Shown: positions 12,363 to 23,637, counted from the stretch's first letter. The stretch is DNA of 64,000 nt from a bacterium (GCA_965200245.1 CBDATS010000004.1:128001-192000), one strand, 5' to 3'. The notes: generated by a model not told the origin, from the letters alone. A program made the numbers and translations.

Positions 12363-13766
12363 ATGGCGGCGTATGATGTGGCGGTGATCGGCGGCGGTCC
12401 TGCGGGTTACGTGGCGGGTGTGCGTGTGGTCCAGAGCGGGGGAAGCTGCGTCGTCATCGAGCGGGACGAGTTGGGCGGTACCTGCCTGAACTGGGGCTGT
12501 ATCCCCAGCAAGAGCTTGATCGCCGCCGCGGAAGTTTACCGAAACATCAAGAACGCCGACAACTACGGCATCAAGGTCACTGGCGAGGTACGCGCGGACC
12601 TGGCCGCCATGGTCGAGCGCAAGGACAGGATAGTCGCAGGCCTCGTGCGCGGAATCGGCAGGCTGCTCAGGACCCACGGGGTGGACCACATCGCAGGCGA
12701 CGCCGAGATTCTGGAGAGGCACAGGATTTCGGTGCGCGGAAAAGACGGAACGCAAGTGTCGGTAGAGGCGGATAAAATCATCGTCGCCACCGGTTCACGG
12801 CCAGCGCAGATTCCCGCCTTCCCCATCGACGGCCAGAGGATCATCTCTTCGGAACAGGCCGTCCACCTCAAGGAACTCCCGGAAAGAGTGCTCATCGTCG
12901 GTGCGGGTGTCATCGGCTGTGAGTTCGCGTGTCTGTACAGAGAGCTGGGCGCGGAGGTTACGATGGTCGAGTTGTTGGACCGCATCCTGCCGGTCGGGGA
13001 CGAGGATGTTTCCAGACTCATGGCGCGCGAGTTCAGAAAGCAGAAAATCAAGGTGCGCCTGAATGAGAAGATCACGAGCGTCTCTTCTGACGGGGAGGAG
13101 ATGATCGCAACCTTCGGGAATTCAGACGATGAAGTGCGCGCGGACCTGGTGCTGGTCTCCGTGGGCCGGGCGATGAACACCGACGGCCTGGGACTCAAGC
13201 GAATCGGCGTTGAATCAGGTCCCCGCGGCGAAATCAGGGTGAATGAATTGATGGAGACGAACGTTCCGGGCATCTACGCAGCGGGGGACGTTACCGGCGA
13301 TCCCATGCTCGCGCACGTGGCCTCGGCGGAAGGCGTCGCCGCAGCGGAAAACGCCATGGGCGCAGAGATACGGATGGATTACCGCGCGATTCCGGCGGGC
13401 ATCTTCACGTATCCCGAAATCGGCGTCGTCGGTATGGCCGAGCACGAGGCGGAAAAGGCGGGACACGCGGTGCGCGTGGGAAGATTCTCAATCCGTGCCC
13501 TTGGCAAGGCACAGGCTGAACGCGCGCTGGAAGGGGAAGTGAAGGTCATCGCCGATGCGGGTGATGACACCATTCTGGGCGTTCATATCATAGGTGCCCA
13601 CGCCGCCGATATCGTTCACGAGGCGGCCGTCGCCATGCAGCACCGCGTCACCGCCTCGGAAATGGCGCGCACCACACATTCACACCCCACGCTTTCGGAA
13701 GCCGTCATGGAAGCGGCACTGGACGTACACGGTGAGGCCATTCACGCCCCGCCGAAGAGGTCTTGA
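12363..13766 (+). CDS. lpdA: Dihydrolipoyl dehydrogenase
   Basis: GGGPAGY, GGTCLNWGCIPSK, GAGVIGCE, HSHPTLSE; AAGGAG RBS before ATG 12363. Confidence 0.95.
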   Translation: MAAYDVAVIGGGPAGYVAGVRVVQSGGSCVVIERDELGGTCLNWGCIPSKSLIAAAEVYRNIKNADNYGIKVTGEVRADLAAMVERKDRIVAGLVRGIGRLLRTHGVDHIAGDAEILERHRISVRGKDGTQVSVEADKIIVATGSRPAQIPAFPIDGQRIISSEQAVHLKELPERVLIVGAGVIGCEFACLYRELGAEVTMVELLDRILPVGDEDVSRLMAREFRKQKIKVRLNEKITSVSSDGEEMIATFGNSDDEVRADLVLVSVGRAMNTDGLGLKRIGVESGPRGEIRVNELMETNVPGIYAAGDVTGDPMLAHVASAEGVAAAENAMGAEIRMDYRAIPAGIFTYPEIGVVGMAEHEAEKAGHAVRVGRFSIRALGKAQAERALEGEVKVIADAGDDTILGVHIIGAHAADIVHEAAVAMQHRVTASEMARTTHSHPTLSEAVMEAALDVHGEAIHAPPKRS

Positions 13767-13806
13767 GCCAGGCCCTCTCGAAGCCGTCATCAGATTGTGG
13801 AAGCCA

Positions 13807-14787
13807 CTAGTACGGTACGTCGATGAGCATCCCCTCGCCCGAGCGCATGTCCTCCTCCAGCAGCTCGCGCATCGTCCTGGTCACGGGGCCGGGCTTCCCG
13901 TCGCCGATTACCTGATCGTCCCACTGCACGACGGGGGCGACGTATATCGAACTTCCGATGAGCATCATCTCCCCGGACGCCTTGGCCTCGGCCACGGGAA
14001 TATCCTCAACCGCGATGTCCTGGATGATACCTTGCTCCACAAGGCGGCCCGCGAGTTCGAGAAGCCGCTTCACCGTGCAGCCCGAGAGTATGCTGTCGAA
14101 TCTGGGATGCCGCAGCACGCCTTCTGCCGTCACGAAGGCGCAGTTCATATTCGATCCCTCGCCCACATTTCCCGCCTCGTCCACGAAGATGCCGTTATCG
14201 AGGCCCTGTTCTTTCGCCTCCATCTGCATGAGGGTGTTGGGAAGGTAGTTCGTGCTCTTCGTGATGGCGTAAAGCGGCGGCTTGATGGGGTATGTGGTCG
14301 TCATCACCTTCATACCCTCGGTGTAGTAGCGTTCGGGGTAGTCGAGGCCGCCGAAGATCATCACGAAAAAGGCGGGCCTGGCGTCGGCGGCGGGGATGAG
14401 TCCCAGATTGCCGGTCCCGGAAGAAGCCCAGTAGCGGATCGAACCTTCGCGGCGACCCGAGAGAGCGCTCGTGCGGATGATGATCTCGCGCATCTCCTCG
14501 CGGCCCGGCAGTTCGAGCTTCGACGCATCCGCAGATCGGATGAAGCGGTCCAGGTGGTTTTCCAGGTCGTATATCTTCCCCTCGATGATGGCCGCCGTGT
14601 CAAAGATGCCGTGGCCGCGGTGGACCATGTGGTCGTCGAAGGGAATGACCATGAGGGAGGGGTCCGTCACCACGCCACCCAGATGACTTGAGTAAAACGC
14701 CGAATAATCGACCTCCTGCGTCTCGCGTAGTTCCCTGAAGCTATCGAGCACGTCCTCTGTCGTGAGGACGTTGATGGTTTCCGCCAT
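13807..14787 (-). CDS. PLP fold-type IV aminotransferase (D-amino-acid transaminase / ADC lyase-like)
   Basis: DDHMVHRGHGIFDT, HLDRF, KSTNYLPN, EGSNMN, ILSGCT; AAGGAG RBS. Confidence 0.88.
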   Translation of the reverse strand: MAETINVLTTEDVLDSFRELRETQEVDYSAFYSSHLGGVVTDPSLMVIPFDDHMVHRGHGIFDTAAIIEGKIYDLENHLDRFIRSADASKLELPGREEMREIIIRTSALSGRREGSIRYWASSGTGNLGLIPAADARPAFFVMIFGGLDYPERYYTEGMKVMTTTYPIKPPLYAITKSTNYLPNTLMQMEAKEQGLDNGIFVDEAGNVGEGSNMNCAFVTAEGVLRHPRFDSILSGCTVKRLLELAGRLVEQGIIQDIAVEDIPVAEAKASGEMMLIGSSIYVAPVVQWDDQVIGDGKPGPVTRTMRELLEEDMRSGEGMLIDVPY

Positions 14788-15020
14788 GGTCTTCTCCTTA
14801 GTGTCTATGCACAGCTTTCGGGATGCCGGGGACCGTCCCGGTGGATGAACGCCGCATTCATTCCGTTTCATGCATATGATGCCGCGTGGGTGATTTTCGG
14901 GCAAGGGCTTGCTACATTGTTGACTTGAAGCGGGTTGTTCGTGTGAATCGGGTGCGGTGGCTTGCTCCTGCCGAAGCTTTCCCTGAGAGGGGCGGGCGAT
15001 TCGCCTTGGAGGCTTGGTTG

Positions 15021-16163
15021 ATGCAGGACAGTGGTTTCCTGAGTGACGGGCAAAAGATGGTGCGCGACATGGTGCGCGATTTCTGCGTGCGCGAGGTTGC
15101 CCCCCAAGCGGCGGAGATAGACGGGGGCCGTTTCCCGGCGGAAATCGTAAAGAGCATGGGCGAACTCGGTCTCATGGGCCTCACGGTGCCGGATTCCTAC
15201 GGCGGAGGCGGCGCGGACCCCGTCTCGATGGCCCTGGCAACAGGAGAAATCGCCGCTGCGTGTCCCTCCACGAGCGCGATTTTTGCCGCGCACAACTCCC
15301 TAGTCTGCGATCCCCTGTATCTTTACGGCAGCGAGGAGCAGAAAGAGAAGTTCCTCTATGGCCTCGCGGGCGGCAGGTGTATCGGTGCGTTCGCGCTTAC
15401 GGAGCCGGGCGCGGGTTCGGACGCGGCTTCACTCACCACGAGTGCTGTGCGCGAGGGAGACGTCTACCGCATCAACGGCGTCAAGCGCTTTATCACGAGC
15501 GGTAAGCAGGCGGGTCTGTGCCTCCTCTTCGCGGTGACCGACCGTGCATTGCGTCACAGGGGTCTGAGCGCCTTTTTGGTTCCGCGCGACGCCCAGGGCT
15601 TCGAGGTCGTCCGCAGTGAGGACAAAATGGGGATGCATGGCTGTTCGATATCGGAGCTTCGATTCGATTCTGTGGAACTGTCCGAGAAGAACCGCATGGG
15701 GGAGGAGGGACAGGGCTTCGAGCTTGCAATGCGGATTCTGGATTCCGGGCGCATCATCGTTGCGTCCCAGGGATTGGGCTTCGCGCGTGCGTGTCTCGAC
15801 GCCTCGGTGGCCTATGCCCGTGAGCGCGAAACCTTCGGCGTGCCGATCAAGGATCATCAGCCCGTGGGGTGGAAACTCGCCGATATGGCCACACGCGTCT
15901 ACGGCGCGCGTTTGCTGACCATCAAGGCGGCGCGGCTCAAGGCGGCAGGCGCGCCCTACTCGGCCGAAGCCGGCATCGCCAAGGTGTTCGCCACCGACGC
16001 CGCCCAGCGAAACGCCGAGGAAGGTGTTCAACTCCATGGAGGCAACGGCTACATGCGTGAGTATCCAGTGGAACGCTTCTACAGGGCTTCGAAGGTGACG
16101 CAGATATACGAGGGCACGAACGAGATACTCCGCCAGGTCATTGCCAAACACCTGCTCAACTGA
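15021..16163 (+). CDS. Acyl-CoA dehydrogenase
   Basis: FALTEPGAGSD, NGVKRFITSG, EDKMG, LDSGRI, QLHGGNGY, IYEGTNEI. Confidence 0.95.
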   Translation: MQDSGFLSDGQKMVRDMVRDFCVREVAPQAAEIDGGRFPAEIVKSMGELGLMGLTVPDSYGGGGADPVSMALATGEIAAACPSTSAIFAAHNSLVCDPLYLYGSEEQKEKFLYGLAGGRCIGAFALTEPGAGSDAASLTTSAVREGDVYRINGVKRFITSGKQAGLCLLFAVTDRALRHRGLSAFLVPRDAQGFEVVRSEDKMGMHGCSISELRFDSVELSEKNRMGEEGQGFELAMRILDSGRIIVASQGLGFARACLDASVAYARERETFGVPIKDHQPVGWKLADMATRVYGARLLTIKAARLKAAGAPYSAEAGIAKVFATDAAQRNAEEGVQLHGGNGYMREYPVERFYRASKVTQIYEGTNEILRQVIAKHLLN

Positions 16164-16326
16164 AACCGAATCCGCCTGGCAATAGGCCGTGCGCCATCAT
16201 GAATGAAACTGTTTTGATGATCACGTATGAACGACAAACCTGTTTGCCGTTCACTTTTGGACGAAAAATGACTGGCAAAACCCTTTGCAGTGCATTTATA
16301 TACTATAAACGCATCTCCGCCCATTC

Positions 16327-17022
16327 ATGGAGATGAATCAGACGATGCCGTTCTCACCCGTTAACTCAAAAAAACATTGTCCGAAGCAGATTCCTCGCGC
16401 GCGCCTGCGCCATCATGTTGCCCTTGCCGTCGCCCTCGGTTTCCTCGTGAGCGGCTGCGTGACACCCACTCCGAAGCGGCAGGGAAACATCTGTTCGGTC
16501 CTTGACCAGCAGCCCGACTGGTACGACTACGCCCGTGCATCCGAGAAGCGCTGGGGCACGCCGATGCATGTGCTCATGGCGTTCGTGAAGAAAGAATCGA
16601 GTTTCCAGAGTCACGTGAGGCCGCCCATGCAGTGGTTTTTGTTCATTCCACTCGGGCGCGCCTCCACGGCTGTGGGATATGCACAGCCCCTGAACCAGAC
16701 TTGGGGGGACTACAAGGCGGAACGCGGAAACTTTTTGAGTAACCGTTCGCGCATGAAAGATGCGCTCGATTTCATCGGCTGGTACAATGCCAAGAGCCGC
16801 CGCGAACTGGGTATCTCATTGAATGACGCGCAGAGGCTCTACCTCGCCTATCACGAGGGCAGAGGAGGGTATCGGCGCGGCACGTGGAAGAAAAAACCCA
16901 AGGTGCAGCGCGCCGCCCGGCAGGTGGCCGAGACCGCCCGTCGCTACAAGGCGCAGCTCGCGCGCTGCGAATCCAGGTTTCGCTGCGATTCGTGGTATCA
17001 AGTCTGGCCATTCTGCCAGTGA
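16327..17022 (+). CDS. SLT/lysozyme-like transglycosylase-domain lipoprotein
   Basis: Lipobox VSGC; KESSF, STAVGYAQ, DFIGWY, YLAYHEG. Confidence 0.8.
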   Translation: MEMNQTMPFSPVNSKKHCPKQIPRARLRHHVALAVALGFLVSGCVTPTPKRQGNICSVLDQQPDWYDYARASEKRWGTPMHVLMAFVKKESSFQSHVRPPMQWFLFIPLGRASTAVGYAQPLNQTWGDYKAERGNFLSNRSRMKDALDFIGWYNAKSRRELGISLNDAQRLYLAYHEGRGGYRRGTWKKKPKVQRAARQVAETARRYKAQLARCESRFRCDSWYQVWPFCQ

Positions 17023-17032
17023 GGATTTCTGA

Positions 17033-17713
17033 ATGTTCACATACTGCTTGTTCAAACACCACGCCATCGCTTTAGGGTTTATCCTATCGCTTGTTGCGCT
17101 CGCGCCCGGTCCGCTTCATGCGCAGGAGACAGTACTCGGCCGTTTCTCGAAAGGTGACCTCACAGGCTGGCAGCCCAAAAGCTTCAAGGGCGAGTCCCAC
17201 TATCATCTGACAAAAGACGAGGGAGGCGAAACCGTGCTTGAGGCGGTGAGCAAGGCGGCTGCGTCCGGCCTCGTCCTCGAACGGAAGATCGACCTCACCA
17301 AAACGCCGATTCTCATCTGGCGCTGGCGCATCGAGCATCCTGTCAACCCGCCGGATGAACTTTCGAAAGAAGGAGACGACTTCGCCGCTCGCGTCTATTT
17401 CATAGTCCCCGGCGCAGGCTGGCTCTCGTTTCCGGATACGGTGGTCTACGTCTGGGCCAGCCGCCAGCCCGAAGGTTCAGACTGGTCGAACCCCTTTACG
17501 AAAAAGGCCCACATGGTCGCCGTCGATTCCGGGGTGCGCCACGCCGGCAAGTGGCGGACGCATCGCCGGAACATGCGCGAGGATTTTAAGCGCTACTTCG
17601 GCCGCGACATCACCGAGATCAGCCACATTGCCATCATGACCGATACCGACAACAGCAAACTCTCAGCCAGAGGTTGGTACGGCGACATCCGCGTCACTTC
17701 CGCTGAGCCTTAA
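17033..17713 (+). CDS. DUF3047-like exported protein
   Basis: Signal peptide; WRWRI, GDDFAARVY, YVWAS, IAIMTDTDN. Confidence 0.8.
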   Translation: MFTYCLFKHHAIALGFILSLVALAPGPLHAQETVLGRFSKGDLTGWQPKSFKGESHYHLTKDEGGETVLEAVSKAAASGLVLERKIDLTKTPILIWRWRIEHPVNPPDELSKEGDDFAARVYFIVPGAGWLSFPDTVVYVWASRQPEGSDWSNPFTKKAHMVAVDSGVRHAGKWRTHRRNMREDFKRYFGRDITEISHIAIMTDTDNSKLSARGWYGDIRVTSAEP

Positions 17714-17859
17714 GGCCCATTTTCTGGGGGATATTCCGTATCCTGCGGAAAGGGAAAACGCCGTTGTGAAACCCTGAGCTAGCATCGAAGTCCGTATAAC
17801 TGCGACGGCGGGACATTATTGATTGCTGGATATCTTGCGTCGGAGCGCGCTTGTTGGGT

Positions 17860-18030
17860 GGTGCGTGACAGCACGCTGCTTTCCAGGTTGTTTCCTGCTG
17901 CTTTGAGATGACCGCCAGCGGCCGTTCGCAATTTCTGGGCCTTCCGCGCGGGACAGCGGTACTCATTGCAGCTTCGACTTGCCCGGCTTCAGCCTGCGCC
18001 ACGGCGATATCCTGGTAAAACCTGGAGTCG
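17860..18030 (-). pseudogene. Fragment of a TPR-like helical-repeat protein
   Basis: DIAVAQAEAGQVEAAMSTA matches the IAxAQAxAG repeat pattern; flanks are degenerate. Confidence 0.4.
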
Positions 18031-18100
18031 GTACAATGACTTGCTGACCCTGCTTGTGGAATCAAGCACTGCGAGAAAATCTTTCACTTTCTTCTGACCC

Positions 18101-18757
18101 GTGGGGTCTTTCCTGCAAGGCAGAAGCGTAAAAAAGAGCGCTGCTGATGTTTCGCCAGCATTGTTCCTCTGGACGCTTCAAGGCACTGAAATCTCTGAAA
18201 ATGGCCGGGGAGAAGACGACGAAGGATTGGTCATCCAAGCGACGGCCAAGGAGTTCAGCTTGCCCTTCGATGTGGTTCGCCGTTTCTCCCAGCCGATGGG
18301 AATCGATCTCGACCGTTGGAACGGACGCGTCATCGACCAACAAGAAGGCACGGTACGCCTTCTGCCCGTGGCAGAGCGTGCCAAGACGATCTTCGGAGAG
18401 GAAGGGGCCGGAGGCGCAACCGGCTCGCTTGAGAAAGATCCGGGGCCCGACCCGCAACTGGCGCTGTTTCCTGACTGGAACACGGCTCCGACGGTGAAGC
18501 GCCGCCGTGACGCGAAGGCAATGCTCGACTCCGATGTCACACCGCAGGCACCCGGGGTGACCACTCTCGATCGAGTGCATGCTGCGAAGCTGCTGCAAGC
18601 CAGCGGCCACGCGAACGCCCTGCGGACGTTGCTCCCCTCAGAACAGGAACGCGGACCGGATTTCGTCCGCCTTGCCAACGCACTCTCCGCCCTTTATCCT
18701 CGCGGGAGTCGGGAGAAACGCTTGTTGGACGCCATGTTGCTGGCCGCGCCGAGATGA
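18101..18757 (+). pseudogene. C-terminal fragment of a DUF1156-type adenine-specific DNA methyltransferase
   Basis: ALFLWTLQ...FDVVRRFSQPMGI...TTLDRVHAA.LLQA...EQERGPDF.RLANALSALYP...EKRLLDAMLLA.PR; no SAM-binding or DPPY motifs, so 5' part is lost. Confidence 0.65.
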
Positions 18758-18877
18758 CCGGGAAACAGGCAACAACACGGCGATGAACCTATCCCCGCCG
18801 GATCGGCATGTCCAGGGCAACGGCAGGTGCCATCCGACCGTATTGCGGTCAACCTGAAAGAAACAGGGGAGAAAATC

Positions 18878-19135
18878 ATGATTCATGAAACTGAACTGCT
18901 CGATCGCCTCACGGTCCGTGCCGATGTTTTTAGTGGCAAGCCGATCATCCGCGACATGCGGGTCGCCGTGGAACACGTCCTTGGAAAACTGGCGGCGGGG
19001 GATACCGCAGAGACGATACCCGGTGAGTATCCCTTCCTCGAACCAGAGGACATTCGCGCATACCTCGTCTTCGCTCATCGTTCGCTGGCCGGCGAGCATG
19101 TATATGATCGACTCGCCGTCCGGGAGGCATCGTGA
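18878..19135 (+). CDS. DUF433 antitoxin-like protein
   Basis: GKPIIRDMRVAVEHVL..LAAG.T.E.I..EYP.LE.EDIRA.L; overlaps the next gene (GTGA). Confidence 0.85.
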   Translation: MIHETELLDRLTVRADVFSGKPIIRDMRVAVEHVLGKLAAGDTAETIPGEYPFLEPEDIRAYLVFAHRSLAGEHVYDRLAVREAS

Positions 19136-19344
19136 AGTTTCTTCTCGATGTATGCGTGGCATCGCGCATTCTGCACAAGACGTTGACCGAACTCGGACAC
19201 GATGCTCTCTCTGCCGGAGACGGATACGCGAGTGCCCCGGACGAAGCGTTGCCCGCACTCGCGTACAAGGAGGGGCGCGTTCTTGTTTCGACGACCGCAT
19301 CCCTGCATCGGGCGGATCGGTCGTCGGGGCTTCCCCCCGCTTGA
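19132..19344 (+). pseudogene. DUF5615 PIN-like (VapC45-type) toxin, truncated
   Basis: MKFLLD...LTELGHD...APDE...AYKEGRVLVS; diverges where the T-x-D-K-D-F motif is expected. Confidence 0.75.
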
Positions 19345-19587
19345 TGCGATCGATGCCGGACACACGCTTTCTTGCCTCATCGGTGAACAACGCGCCGAGG
19401 CGGATCGGCGTGACGCGTCTCGGACCCCGGACCCTCTCGACTGCACCACGCAGACTGTCCGACCCGTGGGACGGACCTGCACCCCGCAACCTGCCAGAAC
19501 CCGGTCCCGGAACACAGCGTCTTTCGCCTCGACGCGTAGCTTATCCAGGGTTCGTTTGATAGGCCTGAGTTCGCTTCTCCTGGGCAT
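19295..19587 (-). pseudogene. Tyrosine integrase N-terminal Arm-DNA-binding domain remnant, frameshifted
   Basis: MPRRSELRPIKRTLDKL...DAVFRDRVLAGCGVQVRPTGRTVCVVQSRG, then shifted frame GPRRVT...G.LFTDEARKR...IDRIKRGE; no catalytic domain. Confidence 0.75.
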
Positions 19588-19849
19588 ACTCCCTCCCGGT
19601 AAATCATTGAACACGCTGGAGGGCACGTGAAATTCGTAAAATTTTAACGCCCATGTCCTGCATCAAAGAGAATGCCTTAAAGCATAAACATAACAAAAAT
19701 AAGGAAAAAATCAGAAGATGCCGGAAATGTATATCCTATGAAATGCAGATAGTTGCCATGAGCTGCGCGGTCAGTCACATAAGTGGCGGAATGCCGGATT
19801 TATTCTATGTCTTTCTGTAAATTTCCGGAAATTTCTCCGCAAGCGTCGG

Positions 19850-19893
19850 TTACCCACAGGAAAGCACAACATTTGGGGATAACGTGTGGGTAA
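19850..19893. promoter_or_regulatory. Three DnaA-box-like nonamers upstream of nrdJ
   Basis: TTACCCACA (19850-19858), TGGGGATAA (19874-19882), TGTGGGTAA (19885-19893); each 1 mismatch from TTATCCACA. Confidence 0.55.
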
Positions 19894-19963
19894 ACGCATA
19901 TATTTTGTGCATATCCATTTTTTTAGCATTGACATACAAAAGGAAACATACTACACTTAGTGT
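19864..19963. promoter_or_regulatory. NrdR boxes upstream of nrdJ
   Basis: GCACAACATTTGGGGA (19864), CGCATATATTTTGTGC (19895, 31 bp later), ATACTACACTTAGTGT (19948); resemble acaCwAtATaTwGtgt. Confidence 0.7.
19929..19957 (+). promoter_or_regulatory. sigma70 promoter of nrdJ
   Basis: TTGACA-17nt-TACACT; the -10 lies inside the third NrdR box. Confidence 0.7.
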
Positions 19964-20030
19964 TATCATCAGATTTGGATATACCAGATATTCCATTGTA
20001 ACGGGACGCCCTTGGCGGAGGAAATTGGGA

Positions 20031-23000
20031 GTGGAGTTTACGAGGCGTTTCACCCGGGCCGGAGATGATGCGTACGGCGACATTCGTTTCGTGCCGCGTA
20101 CTTCGCGCATCACGAACCCCGACGGCTCGGTCGTCTTCGAAGCAAAGGACATCATGGCGCCTGAGAACTGGTCCCAAGTGGCCGTCGATATATTGGCACA
20201 GAAATATTTCCGAAAAGCCGGTGTCCCCGCCCAATTGAAAAAGGTTCCCGAAGACGGGGTGCCCGAATGGCTCCAGCGCTCGGAACCCGACGAAGGAAAG
20301 CTTGGATCCCTGCCCGAGGAGAATCGATTCGGCAGCGAGCGGGACGCCCGGGACGTATTCCACCGCCTGGCCGGATGCTGGACGTACTGGGGGTGGAATC
20401 ACGGCTATTTCAACGCCGAAGAAGACGCCAGGGCTTTTTACGAAGAGCTTTTATACATTCTCGCGAACCAGATGGCGGCTCCCAACTCGCCGCAGTGGTT
20501 CAACACGGGCCTCCACTGGGCCTACGGCATTACACGTCCCGCCCAGGGCCATTTCTACTGCGACCCAAAAACCGGGGAAATGCTCCGCTCCACCAATGCC
20601 TATGAACGTCCCCAGCCACACGCGTGCTTCATCCAAGCGGTGAAAGACGATCTCGTCAACGAGGGCGGGATCATGGATTTATGGACGCGGGAGGCGCGCA
20701 TCTTCAAGTACGGATCGGGAACCGGCACGAATTTTTCTAGCTTGAGAGCGGAAGGGGAATCGCTTTCGGGAGGCGGAAACAGTTCCGGTCTCATGAGTTT
20801 CCTCAAGATCGGGGACCGCGCCGCTGGCGCGATCAAGTCAGGCGGCACGACGCGACGTGCGGCGAAAATGGTCACGCTCGATATCGATCACCCCGACATC
20901 CAGGAATTCATCAACTGGAAGGTGCATGAGGAACAAAAAGTAGCCGCCCTAGTATCAGGCAGCAAGATGTGCAACCGGCACATGAACGCCATTCTCGGTG
21001 CCTGCCTGGAGGGCAAGAATCTGGGCTTGAACGGCAATCTGCACCTGCCGGACAAGAATCCATCGCTCGCCAAAGCGGTACGCGCCGCCAGACTTGCCGG
21101 CGTTCCGGACAATTATATTCATCGCACCCTTCAGCTGGCGCGCCAGGGCATCACCGAGATCGAATTCGAGGAATTCGACACGAATTGGGAAAGCGAAGCC
21201 TACGCCTCGGTGTCCGGACAAAATTCGAACAATTCGATACGTATATCAGATGGATTCATGAAAGCCATCGGAAAAAATACGGACTGGAAACTGATTCGGC
21301 GCACCGATGGCGAAATCGCCGACTCCGTCAATTCGAAAGAACTTTGGGATCAGGTTGGATACGCGGCCTGGTGCTGCGCAGATCCTGGCCTTCAGTTCGA
21401 TACAACCATCAATGACTGGCACACTTGCGCCGCTGACGGGCGCATCAACGGCTCCAATCCCTGCTCGGAATACATGTTCCTGGATGACACCGCATGCAAT
21501 CTTGCATCTATGAATCTCATGAAATTTTTGGACACAAAAAAGAATCATTTCCAGATTGAAGACTATAGGCACGTCATTCGCTTATTGACGGTTGTCCTCG
21601 AGATTTCGGTGCTTATGGCGCAATTCCCCAGCGTGGAAATAGCCAAACGTTCATACGAGTACCGAACCTTGGGGCTCGGATACGCCAACTTGGGCACCTT
21701 GTTGATGGTTCTCGGCATCCCTTACGATTCGCCGGAAGCGGAAGCATGGTGTGGCGCTCTCACTTCCATCATGACGGGTTGCTCATACGCCGCCAGTGCC
21801 GAGATGGCCGGCGAACTAGGCACTTTTGAAAGATACCCGGACAATCAAGAACACATGTTGCGAGTATTGAGAAACCACCGTCGCGCAGCTTATTCAGTGC
21901 CTGAAGCCGAATATGAAATGCTCTCGAAATCACCAAAAGGAGTATCTGCTGAATTCTGCCCTCAGTATCTTCTCCAGGCAGCGTGTGCTGCGTGGGACGA
22001 CGCCTTGGCTATCGGCTATCGGAACGGCTACCGGAATGCGCAAGCTACCGTCATCGCACCAACGGGCACCATAGGTTTGGTGATGGATTGCGACACAACG
22101 GGAATCGAGCCTGATTTTGCTTTGGTGAAATTCAAAAAACTGGCCGGAGGCGGCTATTTCAAAATCATCAACCAGTCCGTTCCTGTTGCCTTGAGGTGCC
22201 TGGGATATAACGACGAAGAGATCCGTGAAATCGTTGCCTATTGCCGGGGGCGGGGTACACTCACGAATGCACCTCATATCAATCCAGAATCTCTGTATGC
22301 AAAAGGGTTCACCAGCAAGGCTCTTGAAAAAGTGGAAGCTGCACTGGAAGGAGCATTTGAAATCCAGTTCGCCTTCAACAAACACTCCCTCGGTGAAGAC
22401 TTCTGCCGTGAGCAATTGGGGCTCACTGAAACGCGATTGGCAGACTGGGATTTGAACCTGCTCGAAGCCATTGGTTTCTCTCAAGAGCAGATCGCTGAAG
22501 CGAATGATTTCGTTTGCGGAAAAATGACAATCGAGGGCGCACCCCATCTAAAAGAAGAGCACCTGGCCGTCTTCGACTGCGCAAGCAAATGCGGGCGTGA
22601 AGGCAAGCGTTTCATCACCCCTATGGCGCATGTTCAGATGATGGCGGCAGCGCAGCCTTTCATATCAGGTGCTATAAGCAAAACCATCAACATGCCTGCG
22701 GAATCGACAATTCAGGACATCCTGGACATCTATCATGAATCATGGCGACGGATGACAAAGGCAATCGCGATTTACCGCGATAGTTCAAAACTAAGCCAAC
22801 CACTTTCCACGCAAAGCGAGGCGGAACTCTTCAACGATATCGGCGAAGAAAAAACAATTTCGCAAAGCACTCCGGTGCATGTAGCCCAGCGGATTGTGCG
22901 CCGGATTATTTATCAATCCGAAAGACGCAAGTTGCCTACCCGCCGCGGTGGATACACGCAAAAAGCCGTTATCGGCGGGCACAAGGTGTATCTTAGAACC

Positions 23001-23630
23001 GGCGAATACGAGGATGGTTCTATCGGCGAAATTTTCATAGATATGCACAAGGAAGGCGCCGCCTTCAGAAGCCTTATGAACTGTTTCGCTATCGCGATAT
23101 CCCTGGGGCTCCAACACGGCGTCCCTCTGGACGAATTCGTAGATGCTTTCGTCTTCACGCGCTTCGAGCCAGGGGGCATGGTCTCGGGCAACCCCCACAT
23201 CAAGATGAGCACATCCATTATCGACTATATCTTCCGCGAGTTGGCGGTTTCATATCTTGATCGACATGATCTTGCCCAAGTCGTGTCTGAGGACCTCAGA
23301 AGCGATACCATTGGACGCCCGCAACGAGAAATCCCTGAATTCGATGCTGAGGAAGAGGAAACCGAGGAAGAGATTCAAACCATAACCTTGGGGTCGGACA
23401 CGATCGCACCGCGTAGTGATCGAGTAAATTTGGATTACAAGAAAGGACCTACCCACGCTCCTGTGGTGTCAAGAACAGGAGCAGGTTCCGCTCTTGATTC
23501 GCGTATCGAAGAAGCCCGCGCCAAAGGTTATGAGGGTGAAGCATGTGGCGATTGTGGTTTATTCACCTTGGTAAGAAACGGTACGTGTCTGAAATGTATG
23601 ACATGCGGCGCGACCAGCGGATGTTCTTGA
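20031..23630 (+). CDS. nrdJ: Class II (adenosylcobalamin-dependent) ribonucleotide reductase with TSCPD and C-terminal Zn-ribbon domains
   Basis: [55 protein letters not shown]-terminal CxxC...CxxC; GTG start after GGAGG. Confidence 0.96.
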   Translation: MEFTRRFTRAGDDAYGDIRFVPRTSRITNPDGSVVFEAKDIMAPENWSQVAVDILAQKYFRKAGVPAQLKKVPEDGVPEWLQRSEPDEGKLGSLPEENRFGSERDARDVFHRLAGCWTYWGWNHGYFNAEEDARAFYEELLYILANQMAAPNSPQWFNTGLHWAYGITRPAQGHFYCDPKTGEMLRSTNAYERPQPHACFIQAVKDDLVNEGGIMDLWTREARIFKYGSGTGTNFSSLRAEGESLSGGGNSSGLMSFLKIGDRAAGAIKSGGTTRRAAKMVTLDIDHPDIQEFINWKVHEEQKVAALVSGSKMCNRHMNAILGACLEGKNLGLNGNLHLPDKNPSLAKAVRAARLAGVPDNYIHRTLQLARQGITEIEFEEFDTNWESEAYASVSGQNSNNSIRISDGFMKAIGKNTDWKLIRRTDGEIADSVNSKELWDQVGYAAWCCADPGLQFDTTINDWHTCAADGRINGSNPCSEYMFLDDTACNLASMNLMKFLDTKKNHFQIEDYRHVIRLLTVVLEISVLMAQFPSVEIAKRSYEYRTLGLGYANLGTLLMVLGIPYDSPEAEAWCGALTSIMTGCSYAASAEMAGELGTFERYPDNQEHMLRVLRNHRRAAYSVPEAEYEMLSKSPKGVSAEFCPQYLLQAACAAWDDALAIGYRNGYRNAQATVIAPTGTIGLVMDCDTTGIEPDFALVKFKKLAGGGYFKIINQSVPVALRCLGYNDEEIREIVAYCRGRGTLTNAPHINPESLYAKGFTSKALEKVEAALEGAFEIQFAFNKHSLGEDFCREQLGLTETRLADWDLNLLEAIGFSQEQIAEANDFVCGKMTIEGAPHLKEEHLAVFDCASKCGREGKRFITPMAHVQMMAAAQPFISGAISKTINMPAESTIQDILDIYHESWRRMTKAIAIYRDSSKLSQPLSTQSEAELFNDIGEEKTISQSTPVHVAQRIVRRIIYQSERRKLPTRRGGYTQKAVIGGHKVYLRTGEYEDGSIGEIFIDMHKEGAAFRSLMNCFAIAISLGLQHGVPLDEFVDAFVFTRFEPGGMVSGNPHIKMSTSIIDYIFRELAVSYLDRHDLAQVVSEDLRSDTIGRPQREIPEFDAEEEETEEEIQTITLGSDTIAPRSDRVNLDYKKGPTHAPVVSRTGAGSALDSRIEEARAKGYEGEACGDCGLFTLVRNGTCLKCMTCGATSGCS

Positions 23631-23637
23631 AATAAAC

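Noticed and set aside
16272-16290. sigma54-like TGGCA...TTGC (also near 12157)
   Set aside because: Spacing is not GG-N10-GC.
19884-20030. N-terminal extension of NrdJ in the ORF track (similar extensions for lpdA, the MLE gene and the cyclase)
   Set aside because: The nrdJ extension overlaps promoter/operator sequence, and better RBS-supported starts lie downstream in each case.
20031-23630. Intein or intron in nrdJ
   Set aside because: Continuous ORF of normal length for the long NrdJ type; no intein splice or LAGLIDADG motifs seen.
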